DNA of 63,820 nucleotides, counting the filler, from Octopus bimaculoides (taxonomy: Eukaryota): NCBI RefSeq assembly GCF_001194135.2. It is 8 parts of 7 records of this genome, joined end to end, with 100 filler letters (N's around TTAATTAATTAA, not from the genome) between each part and the next. Parts side by side here need not be neighbours in the genome. Positions count along the whole stretch, not along the records: positions 22,019 to 28,429 come from NC_068984.1; positions 28,530 to 34,653 come from NC_068987.1; positions 34,754 to 39,363 come from NC_068982.1; positions 39,464 to 59,007 come from NC_068983.1; 4 more parts are not named here. One strand, given 5' to 3'. The position numbers were made by a program, and so were the translations under genes. Below the pieces are notes generated by a model. That model had not been told where the DNA came from. It searched no databases and was given only the letters and a program-made list of their open reading frames with translations. Shown here one piece after another: positions 27,981 through 39,712 of this stretch (position 1 is its first letter; each line of letters begins with the position of its first letter).

Positions 27981-28369
27981 CATCATGGCACTCCGTCGAT
28001 TACGACGACGAGTGTCCCAGTTGACCCGATCAACGGAACAGCCTGCTCGTGAAATAAGCATGCAAGTGGCTGAGCACTCCTAAGACACGTGTACCCTTAA
28101 AAGGAGTTCTTGGGGGAGATTCAGCATTACACGGAGTGTGACCAGACAGGCCTTTTGAAATACATATACAACAGAAACAGGAAGAAAGAGCGAGAGAAAG
28201 TTGTGGGGCAAGGGTAGAACAGGGTTCGCTACCCTACCCTTTGCCGGAGCCTCGTGTAGCTTTAGGTGATTTCGCTCAATAAATACTTACAACGCCCGGT
28301 CTGGGAATCAAAACCGCGATCCTACGACCGCGAGTCCGCCACCCTAACCACTGGGCCATTACCCCTCCA
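27981..28369 (-). mobile_element. Near full-length tRNA-derived SINE
   Basis: Reverse-complement head TGGAGGGGTAATGGCCCAGTGGTTAGGGTGGCGGACTCGCGGTCGTAGGATCGCGGTTTTGATTCCC has A and B boxes; simple-repeat tail at the left end. Confidence 0.85.
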
Positions 28370-28529
28370 GATACAAGCATACACAATACATATATACATA
28401 CGATACATACGTATATACGTATATATATANNNNNNNNNNNNNNNNNNNNNNNNNNNNNNNNNNNNNNNNNNNNTTAATTAATTAANNNNNNNNNNNNNNN
28501 NNNNNNNNNNNNNNNNNNNNNNNNNNNNN

Positions 28530-29619
28530 GATATAACCATTTTTGTTTGTTTGCTTGTTATATTTATCTCTCTCTTTTTCTTTTTTTTTTTTATCACGCA
28601 AATTTGCAAATACTAGTTACACGAGCTCCTCACACAATGTGCAGAAGCAATGAGGCGGTATATGAGAAGCGGGCTGCTTGGTTGTCAACACAGTTGACGA
28701 GGTCGGCCCACTATTAACAGACAAATAGACGGACAGCTATATGAGTATTTTTTTTTTGTTGTTTTCTTTGAATGCAAGAGATTTCTTTCAAGACGAATGA
28801 AATGAAATGGAAAAATTTTTTGGAAAAAAAAAAAAAAAAGATTTTCTCCATTAAATATGGACGACAACACCTGCTGTCACGTACGATAGTTAGAGCATGC
28901 ATACATCCACACATACACAGACATTCGTACAACCTCCTTTGCACAGGCAAACATGCATGTATGTACAGATACATATGAATGCATACAAACATGCATGGAT
29001 GCTTAAGTGCATGGTGGTCATGTTTCTTTTTCTTTTTTTATTTTATTTTTCCATTTATTTATTGTTTTTTTTATACAGTTGCTCATATAAGTACGTACAT
29101 CACAGCACATCCACGTTGCAATATAGAAAAAATGGGACAAATCAAAATTGCACTAGCTCAACTAGCGAAATGGGTCACTTAGCAGACGGACCTTACTGCC
29201 TTATCGGACCCTGGAATTAGTGATGTGGCACAACGGGAGGAGAGAAAAAAAAAAAGGGGGGGAAAAAAAAAAGATGTTGGTATTATTTGTTGACTGCTTC
29301 CAGAAATGAGAGAAGTTGTTGTTGTTGTTGTTTAATCAATCAGTTTTGGAACAGTCCCAGCAATTTTGACTTGAAGCAGTGTTGGTTGGAGGGTGAGATG
29401 CCAGTATGGCAAAGATATGGGGTTTTATAGGCACTGCCCTGATTATTTACCCACAGACTGACCAGAGGTCAACTTGCTGTTGACAGCAGGATTAAAAGTG
29501 GGTGCATGTTTTCTTTTCACCAACATGTAGGCCATCACCACCACATTGGACACAGCAGTTTCAGGTTGGAAAAAAGACAGTCTGTGACCCTGCATGCAGA
29601 TCGGCTACTGTCTAAAAAC
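28530..29619 (-). other. Probable 3' UTR of liprin-alpha
   Basis: Unique, TE-free sequence with homopolymer runs directly downstream of the stop. AATAAA on the minus strand at 29047-29042 and 29059-29054 are candidate poly(A) signals. Confidence 0.45.
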
Positions 29620-29658
29620 CTAGCATGAATAAACCGTAATAAGTACACATAGATATGA
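29620..29658 (-). CDS. Putative readthrough/recoding extension SYLCVLITVYSC-stop of liprin-alpha
   Basis: In frame after the TGA at 29661-29659, ending TAT TCA TGC TAG. No AG dinucleotide between the TGA and YSC. Confidence 0.5.
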   Translation of the reverse strand, partial: SYLCVLITVYSC

Positions 29659-29931
29659 TCAGTAGTTGCGCATATTTTCTGTGGTCCGGCGAGACATTGA
29701 CGAAGGATCAGGTCCTCGCCGGGTCCGCTGGGGTGACTGTTGCTGTCCTGCAAATGATTCCCCTGTTGTTGTTGTAGTAGTAGTAGTAGTAGTTGTTGTC
29801 GTAGTGGTGCTTGTTGATGCTGGTGTTGCCGACTCAACAGTTTCTTCTGTGGAACCTTCACGGCCTTTTGTATCCTTAGTTTTGAATTTTTTACGCCAAG
29901 ATGGAGCACGTCTGAATTTCCCACCTTCGCC
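29659..29931 (-). CDS. PPFIA1: Terminal coding exon of liprin-alpha (PPFIA/syd-2 family synaptic scaffold); upstream exons not found in this window
   Basis: Long poly-U tract and ...GAATCCAG acceptor (AG at 29933-29932). 90 codons: GEGGKFRRAPSWRKKFKTKD...S(T)15GESFAG...RRTTENMRNY-TGA. FRRAPSWRKKF is the post-SAM3 motif I recall from human PPFIA1. In-frame YSC-TAG downstream matches the liprin-alpha tail. The symbol is used for the family; orthology to one vertebrate paralogue is not implied. Confidence 0.88.
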   Translation of the reverse strand, partial: GEGGKFRRAPSWRKKFKTKDTKGREGSTEETVESATPASTSTTTTTTTTTTTTTTTGESFAGQQQSPQRTRRGPDPSSMSRRTTENMRNY

Positions 29932-29953
29932 CTGGATTCAAAAATGGAACAGG

Positions 29954-29992
<39 letters not shown>

Positions 29993-30581
29993 TGATATAA
30001 ATTTATTAATATTTTTGCAACAAACTGAATGACAGTGTTTAAATGAAACAGATGCTGTAAAAGAAAAAAATTAAATAGATTAAAAAAATATGACAGTAGC
30101 AACAAACTAAATGTTGTAGAGAAGTGAATGACTTCGACAATGAAGAAGGAAACGGCCAGTTTCCATCTCTGATTACTAAACAAGAAGCTACATAATTAAC
30201 TAGACAAATTTTCATAAACAAATAAGAAATAAAAGTTCCTTGGGTTTGTCATTTTTTTATATTTAGAAGATCACTGAAGATAGCAATGCAACATGTGAAC
30301 AGACAAATTTATTTTGAAAAAGAATGTAAGGAGCTCTGTTACCAAGTGGTGAGAAAACACCTATGGTTAAGTACACTATCAAAATATTTGACAAAGAAAA
30401 TTGATTCCAACTAAGATAGTAAATATATATGTAAAAGGAAGAGAAAGAGTTTCTGTCTAATAACACACACACAAACACAAATTATATAGAAAGGAAAATA
30501 ATCTTAAAGACATTCAAAAGATAGCCTGCCAGCTAAATTAGTTGGAAGGTAACAATATAATAAACAGGAGACTTTTGATTG

Positions 30582-30628
<47 letters not shown>

Positions 30629-31131
30629 TAGAGAGAGAGGGAGAGGCAGTGGTTAGGTAGGAGTGAGTAAGCCTCATCATTTTCTAATTTCTAAAACCTA
30701 AATTAATCAATCACTGTACCAAATTTACCCCAGTTCAACATGTCACTGTGAATTACCATTTCCATAGCTTTGTTTTGTACCCCCCCCCCCACACACACAC
30801 ACATACACTGCACTCCCAAGAACCCTGAAGATCCTTCCAAGAGCTTTCTGATTTACAGAGTGCATCAGAAAAGTCTCCCCTATTTTACATGGCTATTGTT
30901 GTGGCACTAGTGAAGTTAGGCAAATGGCAATGGTGTCTGCATGTAGCTAATGTTTTACCATTTTCTTTTACAGTTACTATCATGGCTTGAACCAGTATGC
31001 CCTGTGTTTGCTGTTGAAACATTTATCAAGAATAATAAATGTGAGCAGTCTCTTTTTGCAGCACTTTAAACTTTCAGAACAGGTGGACAGAGTTTCAAAT
31101 GGATTGAGATTTGATTAAGATACTAATTATT

Positions 31132-31352
31132 TCCTTTTGCATTTAAACCAGCAATATCCAACCCAAATACTTTACTTTGTTTTATGTTCAAACTGGCCAG
31201 ATCCAACCTCTTACACCTACCCTACAATGTCATTCTAAAAATAAACAGTCACATTATCAAAATCTCAAAGCTATGAGGTAATGCATGACTAATTCAAAAC
31301 AATGTGAATAAATAGCTGTTACGTTTGACAGAGTAATTTGAATGCAAAAGGG
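31132..31352. mobile_element. piggyBac-like MITE, older copy
   Basis: Same internal sequence as 33973-34190 (CACACCTACCCTACAATGTCATTCTAAAAATAAA); TIR CCTTTTGCATT/AATGCAAAAGGG with eroded TTAA. Confidence 0.8.
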
Positions 31353-32984
31353 TTTACAAAAGGGTTTAAGTGAGTTTCCTTACATCTCCCAGTCACCTGT
31401 AGTCTTATTTTATTTCCTTTTTCAAAAGGTGAATGAATTTTTGAAGCTAGATATTATACAATTCAATGCAGAGCCTGAACCATCTACACTGAATTCAATA
31501 TCATTTACTTTCCAAATATTCTTTACCTTTTACTCACCACAACCTCTAATTTGATAAAATTATCTCACTATTCCCCTATCAAGGCAGTAAACTTAACAGC
31601 TTTCCAAAAAAGCTTTCCATTTCTTCAAGTCAGCTAAATGGTCACAATTTTGTAAAAACACTTCTTACCAATAGCTGTAAATATTCTTCACTTCTAACCA
31701 ATATAATCTCCTGAAGTATGTTCTACTACATCACATTCCATATTGAAATCCTATGACACCCAACACTCCAAAACCCCAAGAGCTTCACTCGCAGCTAAAA
31801 GAGTGAAGAACACTGCTTACAACATTTGGAATGAGTTACATTCCATCTCAAGCTAAGAGGCATTCACATGAGCTGAGACAGGAGCCTCCATGCAGTGGCT
31901 TACTCTGCTATATTTGCCCGAGAAATCTTCTTTAGATTTTATTTCATGATCTTAAGAGACATTTACTCACTACCATAACAACCATCAGGGAAACAAAGAA
32001 TGCTTTTATTCATTGTATGCAAACTCACTCTCTCTCTCTCACACACACACACACACATGGCATGAGAATCTCCAAGATAAGCTCCCCACCTATGGTCTCC
32101 ATCCATCTCTTATTTCTCCGATCAGAAATTTCCTGTTGATTGCTGTCTATGTGTATGCTCTCTCTCTCTCACCCCACTCCAACCTATTCTATCAAATTTA
32201 CTGCTCCATAAGGTTGTTTACTACACTCATAGTTATATAACAGACACATATACACACGAATCCACTCTTCGTCCTTAAATAACCTGCAGTACCTAGACAG
32301 ACATCTTATGCTAAACACTGCACAAATTACCTAGATATGTCAAACATTGATAATTTTCATGAATACAGACTCCCCAACAGCATCCTCCAATAGGGATAAG
32401 ACAAGCTAATCTACTTTGATAGAACCAAAACATAATCACCATACAGAGCAAGGAAACCATTTTGAATTATACTAACCGTTTGCATGCATAGCATACAACT
32501 AAAACTTGTAAGGTGATTACAAATGCTAGAGGCTTTCTAATGATGCCAAACTCACAAGGGCCTTTCTGAAGATCACACACATATAACACTGTCAAAAGTG
32601 CATCTTAAAAACTAGACTTTCTCTTTCGAGTGAGACAATACTTTAGTGGCCAAATCTTAGCACAGCTCCTGTATCTAAGATGGTGATGTGGTTACACTCA
32701 AAGACTAAATCCAAAACAAAAAGCAATTCGGCTGATTGGTAACAATACATTCGACAATAAAGGTGCTTTTTCAAGGTGACACATTCGTAGGGGTGGAGCA
32801 TAGTTGATTGAATTGACTCCTGTAAATGACAGGTTAGCAATTTTATTGACTCTGCAGAGATGAAAGATAAATTTGACTGTAACAGGGTTTCAACCCAGAA
32901 CATAAGGAAAGAAAATCTCGTATTATACTGTCTCTGCCACTCCTCTGTTTAATGATAAGAATTTTTTTTCAAATTCAAGCACAA

Positions 32985-33130
32985 GGCCAGCAAATTTTAA
33001 GGGTGAGGGAGCAGCTAGTCAATTCATCAAACCTAGCACTTAACAGGTACTTTCATTGATGTTTGGCAGGATTTGAACTCAGAATGTAACAAGGCATTTT
33101 GTCTGATGCTCTAATGACTCGGCTAATACA
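32985..33130 (-). mobile_element. Degenerate SINE
   Basis: GCACAAGGCCAGCAAATTTT...GGATTTGAACTCAGAATGTAA resembles copies at 48330 and 53415. Confidence 0.6.
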
Positions 33131-33972
33131 CTGCCCTCTGTTCAATAATGATGGTTTCTTTCATAAATACAAGATTGCAAATTTTTTTTTTTTAGTTGAG
33201 TCAATTATATTGATGCCAGTATTTGAGAGGTAATCAGTGTAGCAACCCTTGAAAGAATGAAATGCAAAACACTTTTTATTTTAATAAAGAAAATTCACAA
33301 GGTGAAATTTTAGAGAGGAATAAGCTCCAGTACATACACGCACACACATACACATACATACATACATATATACATACATAGACTGGTGCTTATTTTACTA
33401 AACCTGAAAGCATGAAAAGCCAGGTCAACCCTGGCAAGAATAATCATCATAACAACTGAATGAAAAATAAAGAGATACAGCAGCAATAGAAAGGAAAAGA
33501 TCAATAACAACTTGAATATGAAATCTAAAAGAAAAGCCTTCTAAATCTACTTGTGATCATGCAAACACACACACACATACATTTAGAACAAATTAAAAAA
33601 ACAAACAAACAAACAAACAACAAGTAGGAAAATTGATTTTACTAAATTCACTTTCTGAAAAAACCGCTTTTTAGTCCAGTCACCTCAAAATTCACAGAGC
33701 TGCATCTGAATTTTATTCTAAAGAAAAGCCAACTAAATTAATAAAATAAAATTAAAAAAAAAAGGTTCTAAACAAGCATAAATACTATATATGTTAACAA
33801 ACATCAAAGGAAGAAGAGGGCAGAAAGAACTGAAAAAAAACCCCAAAAAAAAAAGAAAAATCATGCTTAAAACATAAACCCCCCACACATACACACTAAC
33901 AGTAGAAAACAATATTCCCTAAAATATGCAATGATAATGTACTTATACAAACACACACACACACACCTTTAA

Positions 33973-34190
33973 CCCTTTAGCATTTAAACCAGCCACATCT
34001 GGTCTAAATAGTCTACCTGTTTTATGCTCAAACCAGCCAGATCTGGCCACTCACACCTACCCTACAATGTCATTCTAAAAATAAATAATCACATCACTGA
34101 AATTTTGAAGCTATGAGATAATGCAGGATTAATTCAAAACAATGGGAATAAATAAGCATTACATTTGACAGTTGTCTGAATGCTTAAGGG
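33973..34190. mobile_element. piggyBac-like MITE, 218 bp
   Basis: TTAA|CCCTTTAGCATT...AATGCTTAAGGG|TTAA: TTAA target duplication plus CCCTT TIR. Confidence 0.88.
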
Positions 34191-34753
34191 TTAACTACGT
34201 AACTACACACAAGTAAAAATAAAGAGACCAGCATCGTCCATGCATAAACTGTTTGGCATGCCTCGTTAACTTTGACCAAAAATAATAATGAAATAAAACA
34301 AAAATAAAAACATAAAACTGAAAAAAAGTTGCTAAACTAAACATCAAACTATTTACTACAAATCCTACACCAGAAACACTGATCTAGATTATTTAGCATT
34401 GTCTCAGACTAACTATAGATTACACACACAAACAAACAAAAATTGAAATTTTAAAACAAAGGGGAAAAAAGTTAAAGGGGGGGGGGGGTTAAAAAAAATC
34501 AAAATAAGAAAAAGAATAAAATTTTTTTTAAATGTTTGCCAGGATATGTATGGGGTGTTGAAGAGATTGTTAGTGAACGAGGTGTGTAATACTTAAAACA
34601 ATAAAACTATTAGACAAATTAACTTAAAACACACACACACACACACACACACANNNNNNNNNNNNNNNNNNNNNNNNNNNNNNNNNNNNNNNNNNNNTTA
34701 ATTAATTAANNNNNNNNNNNNNNNNNNNNNNNNNNNNNNNNNNNNNNNNNNNN

Positions 34754-34796
<43 letters not shown>

Positions 34797-34989
34797 AACA
34801 GAAAAGTCCAGTGTAATCCATGGATAGGAGAGGTGCAGCTAAAGTGTACAAGAGTAGAAAGTTCAGGTAGAAAATCCAGGTAGAATAGTCCGAAGTGTAG
34901 ACGGTGTAGAAAATCCAAGAAAAGTTCGTTGGGTAATGAGAGGAGACAGTATCAACTGGTACAACCACGGGAGCGTATAATATGTGTGG

Positions 34990-35300
34990 AGAATTCACAA
35001 AAAAAAAACTTTTCTTTTCATTTTGACTCTTCGTTTTGACTCTATGTTTTGGGATCACTACTTTATTATCTCCCCTTCTTCCTAGCTTTCCCGTGTGACT
35101 CTCTTCTGGTGTTCGCCATGATAGATCGCTAGCCACAACACATTCTTTATTTTCTCTCCCTCCTTCTTTCACTGGAAGAGCGTAAGCTCGAAACGTTAAA
35201 GACTTTTTCACTTCCCGAGCGTTAAACTAATACATGTGTTTGTTGTCTACACTACCTGCCTTCGTCTTTTGTTTTTTATGAATTGTCCCCTTATATTGTT
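34990..35300 (+). mobile_element. Penelope-like terminal-repeat fragment with hammerhead-like motif
   Basis: GAAGAGCGTAAGCTCGAAACGTTAAAGACTTT...CCCGAGCG...ACCTG; homologous inverted copy at 58845-59007. Confidence 0.55.
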
Positions 35301-35759
35301 TTTTCTTCCAGTAATTACATATAGAACATGTTGAATTGCTTCTTCTCAAGGCAGCGCTCTCAGTGGTCAGTGCCTACTGGTAGTAGTAAACACATTTGAC
35401 CTCAGCTGAACCAAAGGGTGCGAAAATTCCTTTGTTTCTATGGCTGACCTCCCCGCCATCTACCGAATCTCTTTATATGATCTATTCACCAAACTGTTAC
35501 CCAACTAGTTCCTCAAACAATAGTAGTGGTGGTGATGGTGATAATGATAAAAATAAAATTGATGATAATATGCTACAGCTGCTAATGCTAAATAGTACTA
35601 ACACTACAATAATACAATGGCTACTATTATGATTGCACAGAAATCTGAGACCCAACTTTACCACTACACCTACCCCTGCTACTGTTGCTATTGCTGCAAC
35701 CACTACTGCTACTACATATAACAACAATAATATCAAAGATATCAGTCATGATGATGATG

Positions 35760-35827
<68 letters not shown>

Positions 35828-35850
35828 TATTATTATTATTATTATTATAA

Positions 35851-38667
35851 TGGAAGGAAACGGGTGGAGCCTCTTCCTTCTCCTCATGGGCTGATTAATG
35901 ATACATCTAGTGATGGTGTCACAATAAAAACTGGTAACTGCGCAACCTGATAATCACTACCTCACATGAGTGCTAATGAAAAAATAAAATATAGTGAATA
36001 ACGGCGGTAATGAAACTGAAGCCAATTATGGTGACAGTAGTACACCCAGTAGGCTCAGAGATTCTGGTCCGGCTCCAAGCTGTCGATATCTAGAAAGGGA
36101 CCACCACACACGGCGTAGATGCAGCAAGCAAATTAATGCTGAGGTCATGGAGTGTTACTACTTGAGCAGCCCAGTAGATGAAAATGGTGCTCAACTTAGG
36201 GGTTACCGACAGCGCATGTATGATCATTGGAAAGAAAAGGGAGTGTTTTATCTAACACAACAGAGACTATGTGATCAAGCTAGAGCAATAAGAAAAAATT
36301 GTTGGTTCACAGTAGTGGAGCTCGAAGCTATCAAAAGACGGGTCATGGAAAATAGTAGCAGAGATAACGTTGAAAATACAGTTCTAACTAAGAGGCTTAG
36401 ACATGCTCACGATGGAAATATCTGTGTTAGATCGAAAATAGAAAGGGGAGCTTAAAAGCGAACAAAAATACGGGGCGCTGAAGAGGAAGTATAATATTGA
36501 AAGAAAGGGTCTGAAAGTAGTAGTGGAGGAACTGAAACAGCGCTTCGTTGCAAAGTAAGCAAATATGCTAAGATACTACCAAAGAATGAAGGGTTACCAC
36601 CAGAATAGGTTATTCAGAGTAGTTCAGAAGATATTCTATGAAGAAATAAATGGAGAGTGTACAGATGAAAAGTTGATACCAGATAACATTGAAAGTGAAA
36701 GGTTTTGGAGTGACATCTGGAGCAAAAACAAGGAGCACAAGAAGGATGCTGAATGGTTGCAAGAACTGAAACAAACAGTAGTCTGTCCTAAACAGGCAAA
36801 ACTAGTCATTTCAGTTAGGGAAGTGAAGAAAATCAGCAAAAAAAATGAGAAAATGGAAGGCCCCGGGACTAGATAGAATTCAAGGCTACTGGATCAAAAG
36901 ATTTGGTGAATGTCATGCACAAATAGCTGCGCAACTCAACACCTTGTTAAATGCCGACTAAGTAACACCAGAGTGGCTGACAATGGGTAGGACAGTGTTT
37001 TACCTGAAAAACATCGAAAAATGCAATACGGTAGACAATTACAGGCCGATATCCTGTTGGCCACTTATGTGGAAGTTATTGACTGGAATACTCGCAGAGT
37101 CAATGTACGAACATCTGAAAAATAAATGGAGTCCTGCCACATGATCAGAAGGGTTGCAAGCATAAGTGCAGAGGTACTAAAGATCAACTCCTGATAGACA
37201 AAACTGTACTTAGAAGAGGAAATGCAACTTAGACATGTCATGGATCGACTATCGTAAGGCGTACGATATGATCCCACATTCTTGGATTATGGAGTGTATG
37301 AACCTATTTGTTATTGCATCGAATGTTGAGCGATTGCTTGGAAAAAGTATGGCGAATTGGAGGATGGACCTGCCAGCATATGGAAGAAGTTTAGGGACAG
37401 TAGAAATTAGGAGGGGCATCTTCCAAGGGGACTTCCTGTCTGAACTGATCTTTGTACTGTGCTTGATACCACTAACACTGATTCTGAGGAAAGCAAATGC
37501 TGGGTATAAATTCAAAAGTCACTAACTAAAAGTCAGCCATTTGTTATTCATGGATGACTTCAAACTGTACGGTAAAGAGGAATCCCAATTCAGTTCCCTC
37601 GTTGTATTCCTTCAGTGATGATATCAGAATGAAGTTCGGATTGAGAAAGTATTGTTTGTTAGTCTTCAAGAGAGGCAAAATCAAATGTATGGACGGGCTA
37701 ACGATACAATCGGGGGAGGTTATGAAGCAGATAGAAGAGACGGTCTATAGGTACTTAGGGATTTTGGAAATGGATAAAGTGATAGAGAAAGAAATGACAG
37801 AAAAATTTAAGGTGGAGTACTTGCGCAGACTGAAACTGATCCTTATGTTGAAATGAAACGGACGGAATAATATCGAATCTATCAACACCTGGACATTCAC
37901 TCCTTAGATATGGAGAAGTGGTTATCGCATGGACAGTTCACGAACTAAACAGCTTAAACAGAGAGAACAAGGAAGTTGCTAACTAGATATGGGTCACTCC
38001 ACAACACAGCAGAAAGTGATAAGTGCAGAATCTGTTGACAAAGCAGTGAAATCGTATGGCATATTTACCAGCCAATGTACGCCACTAGCCCGGAAGGAAT
38101 ACAAGAGACGCCACAACAATATAGCCAGGCTTGTCTATTGGACACTTTGCAATAAATATGGACTTGACAGAGCAAAAAATTGGTACGACCACAAACTTGA
38201 AGGCATCGTCGAAAATAGAAATGCAAAGATCCTATGGGATTTTATGATTCAGTCCGATCATGAGCTAGAGAATAGGAAGCCGGACATAGTCTTTATTGAG
38301 AAAGAAAACAAGCTATGCTGGATCATAGATATAGCTTGCCCAGCTGATAACAAGGTATGCGATAAGGAAGGAACGTCGAGAGATATGACATGTTAGCTTG
38401 GGAAGATAATCAGTTGTGGTCGATGCAAAACGTAGCAGTAGTACCAATAATTGTCGGAGCCCTGGGAACAATGAGCAAAAATCTTGAGAAGTATGTGGAA
38501 GAAATAGGGGCTGCAATAAGGGTGGATCACTTGCAGAAAACAGCACTGCTTGGAACCGGTGGAATACTCCGGAAGAGGCTCGAAAAATAAGAGGTGTTAC
38601 CTTAGTTCACTGGTAGTGAACAGCTGACACTGTAATACATCTCCAGCGTTAGAAGCTGTGCAAAGGC
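35851..38667 (+). mobile_element. Dong/R4-clade non-LTR retrotransposon (RT plus restriction-like endonuclease), degenerate, in an (AAT)n microsatellite
   Basis: N-terminal VMECYYLS...RGYRQRMYDHW...QRLCDQARAI; RT motifs WIDYRKAYDMIPHSWI, RGIFQGDFLS, LLFMDDFKLY; C-terminal RRHNNIARLVYW, KILWDF, RKPDIV, IIDIACP, PIIVGALG, LQKTALLG. (AAT)n on both flanks. Many stops and frameshifts. Confidence 0.92.
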
Positions 38668-38756
38668 AATAATAATAATAATAATAATAATAATNNNNNN
38701 NNNNGTGAACAGCTGACACTGTAATACATCTCCAGCGTTAGAAGCTGTGCAAAGGC

Positions 38757-38815
<59 letters not shown>

Positions 38816-38818
<3 letters not shown>

Positions 38819-39230
38819 TCCTGATGCAGTACAAGGCGGTGGCTCTCGTGGTTTTTGATCTTAACTGATTGGAAGAGTCATCATGTACATTGTTCTGTCT
38901 TGGTATAAAAGATGGGCTACAGAAAACATTCTGCTCAATACCACATATTTGCTTGTCAGTTGTTTGACCTTAACCAGTTGAACATGTCTTTTGGTGGCTG
39001 ACGATATGTGAATCTCTGATCACGTGCAGAAGTAGTAGGGAAGCATCATAGTTATGTGTTGAGAGAAAGTCTTTGGGATTCGAGTAATCCACATCTGAAA
39101 ACATGGGTATTTCGCTCATGTGTTGCATGTGCCTGGTGTACCCTTTTCACATGGGTAGTCATGATGGGTATACTGGTCTTCGTATATTTTACAACAATGT
39201 CACTTTGATGGCATGCACTGTTTTCTCAGT
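38816..39230. repeat. Interspersed repeat of unassigned class between (AAT)n and (AAC)n(AAT)n tracts
   Basis: Higher-GC block bounded by trinucleotide tracts. It resembles an Octopus repeat as I recall it; not verified by search. Confidence 0.45.
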
Positions 39231-39231
39231 C

Positions 39232-39363
<132 letters not shown>

Positions 39364-39662
39364 NNNNNNNNNNNNNNNNNNNNNNNNNNNNNNNNNNNNN
39401 NNNNNNNTTAATTAATTAANNNNNNNNNNNNNNNNNNNNNNNNNNNNNNNNNNNNNNNNNNNNATATATATATATATATATTATGTGTATTATATATATT
39501 ATATATATTATATATATATATACATACATAGATGTATATATAGATATATATATACATATACATGTATACATACCTATATATAGGTATGTATATACACCTT
39601 TGTGTATGTGTGTGTGTATTGCATATATACATCAAGATCTGATTGGCCAGGAATGAAAACAT

Positions 39663-39712
39663 TATGTACAGAACACATCATGTACAGAACACATCATGTA
39701 CAGAACACATGG
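39663..39712. repeat. 16-bp tandem repeat x3 (ATGTACAGAACACATC)
   Basis: Read directly. Confidence 0.95.

Noticed and set aside
28290-28369. tRNA gene
   Set aside because: tRNA-like head continues into a SINE body and lacks a proper acceptor stem or terminator; the same applies to the other heads.
29636-29675. U12-type AT-AC intron removing the UGA (ATATGC...TTAC)
   Set aside because: Only 40 nt, imperfect donor and branch site, and removal shifts the frame away from YSC.
29535-29924. 129-aa minus-strand ORF, and the plus-strand ORF 29666-29995
   Set aside because: Alternative frames over the liprin-alpha exon; the conserved motif lies in the frame starting at 29931.
32643-32903. Minus-strand ORF with a TTTACAG acceptor as an upstream liprin exon
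   Set aside because: No frame resembles the SAM3 or linker sequence expected before FRRAPSW.
38616-38815. Duplicated 3' end of the Dong element around a 10-N gap
   Set aside because: Same assembly artefact; not a real tandem 3' end or TSD.
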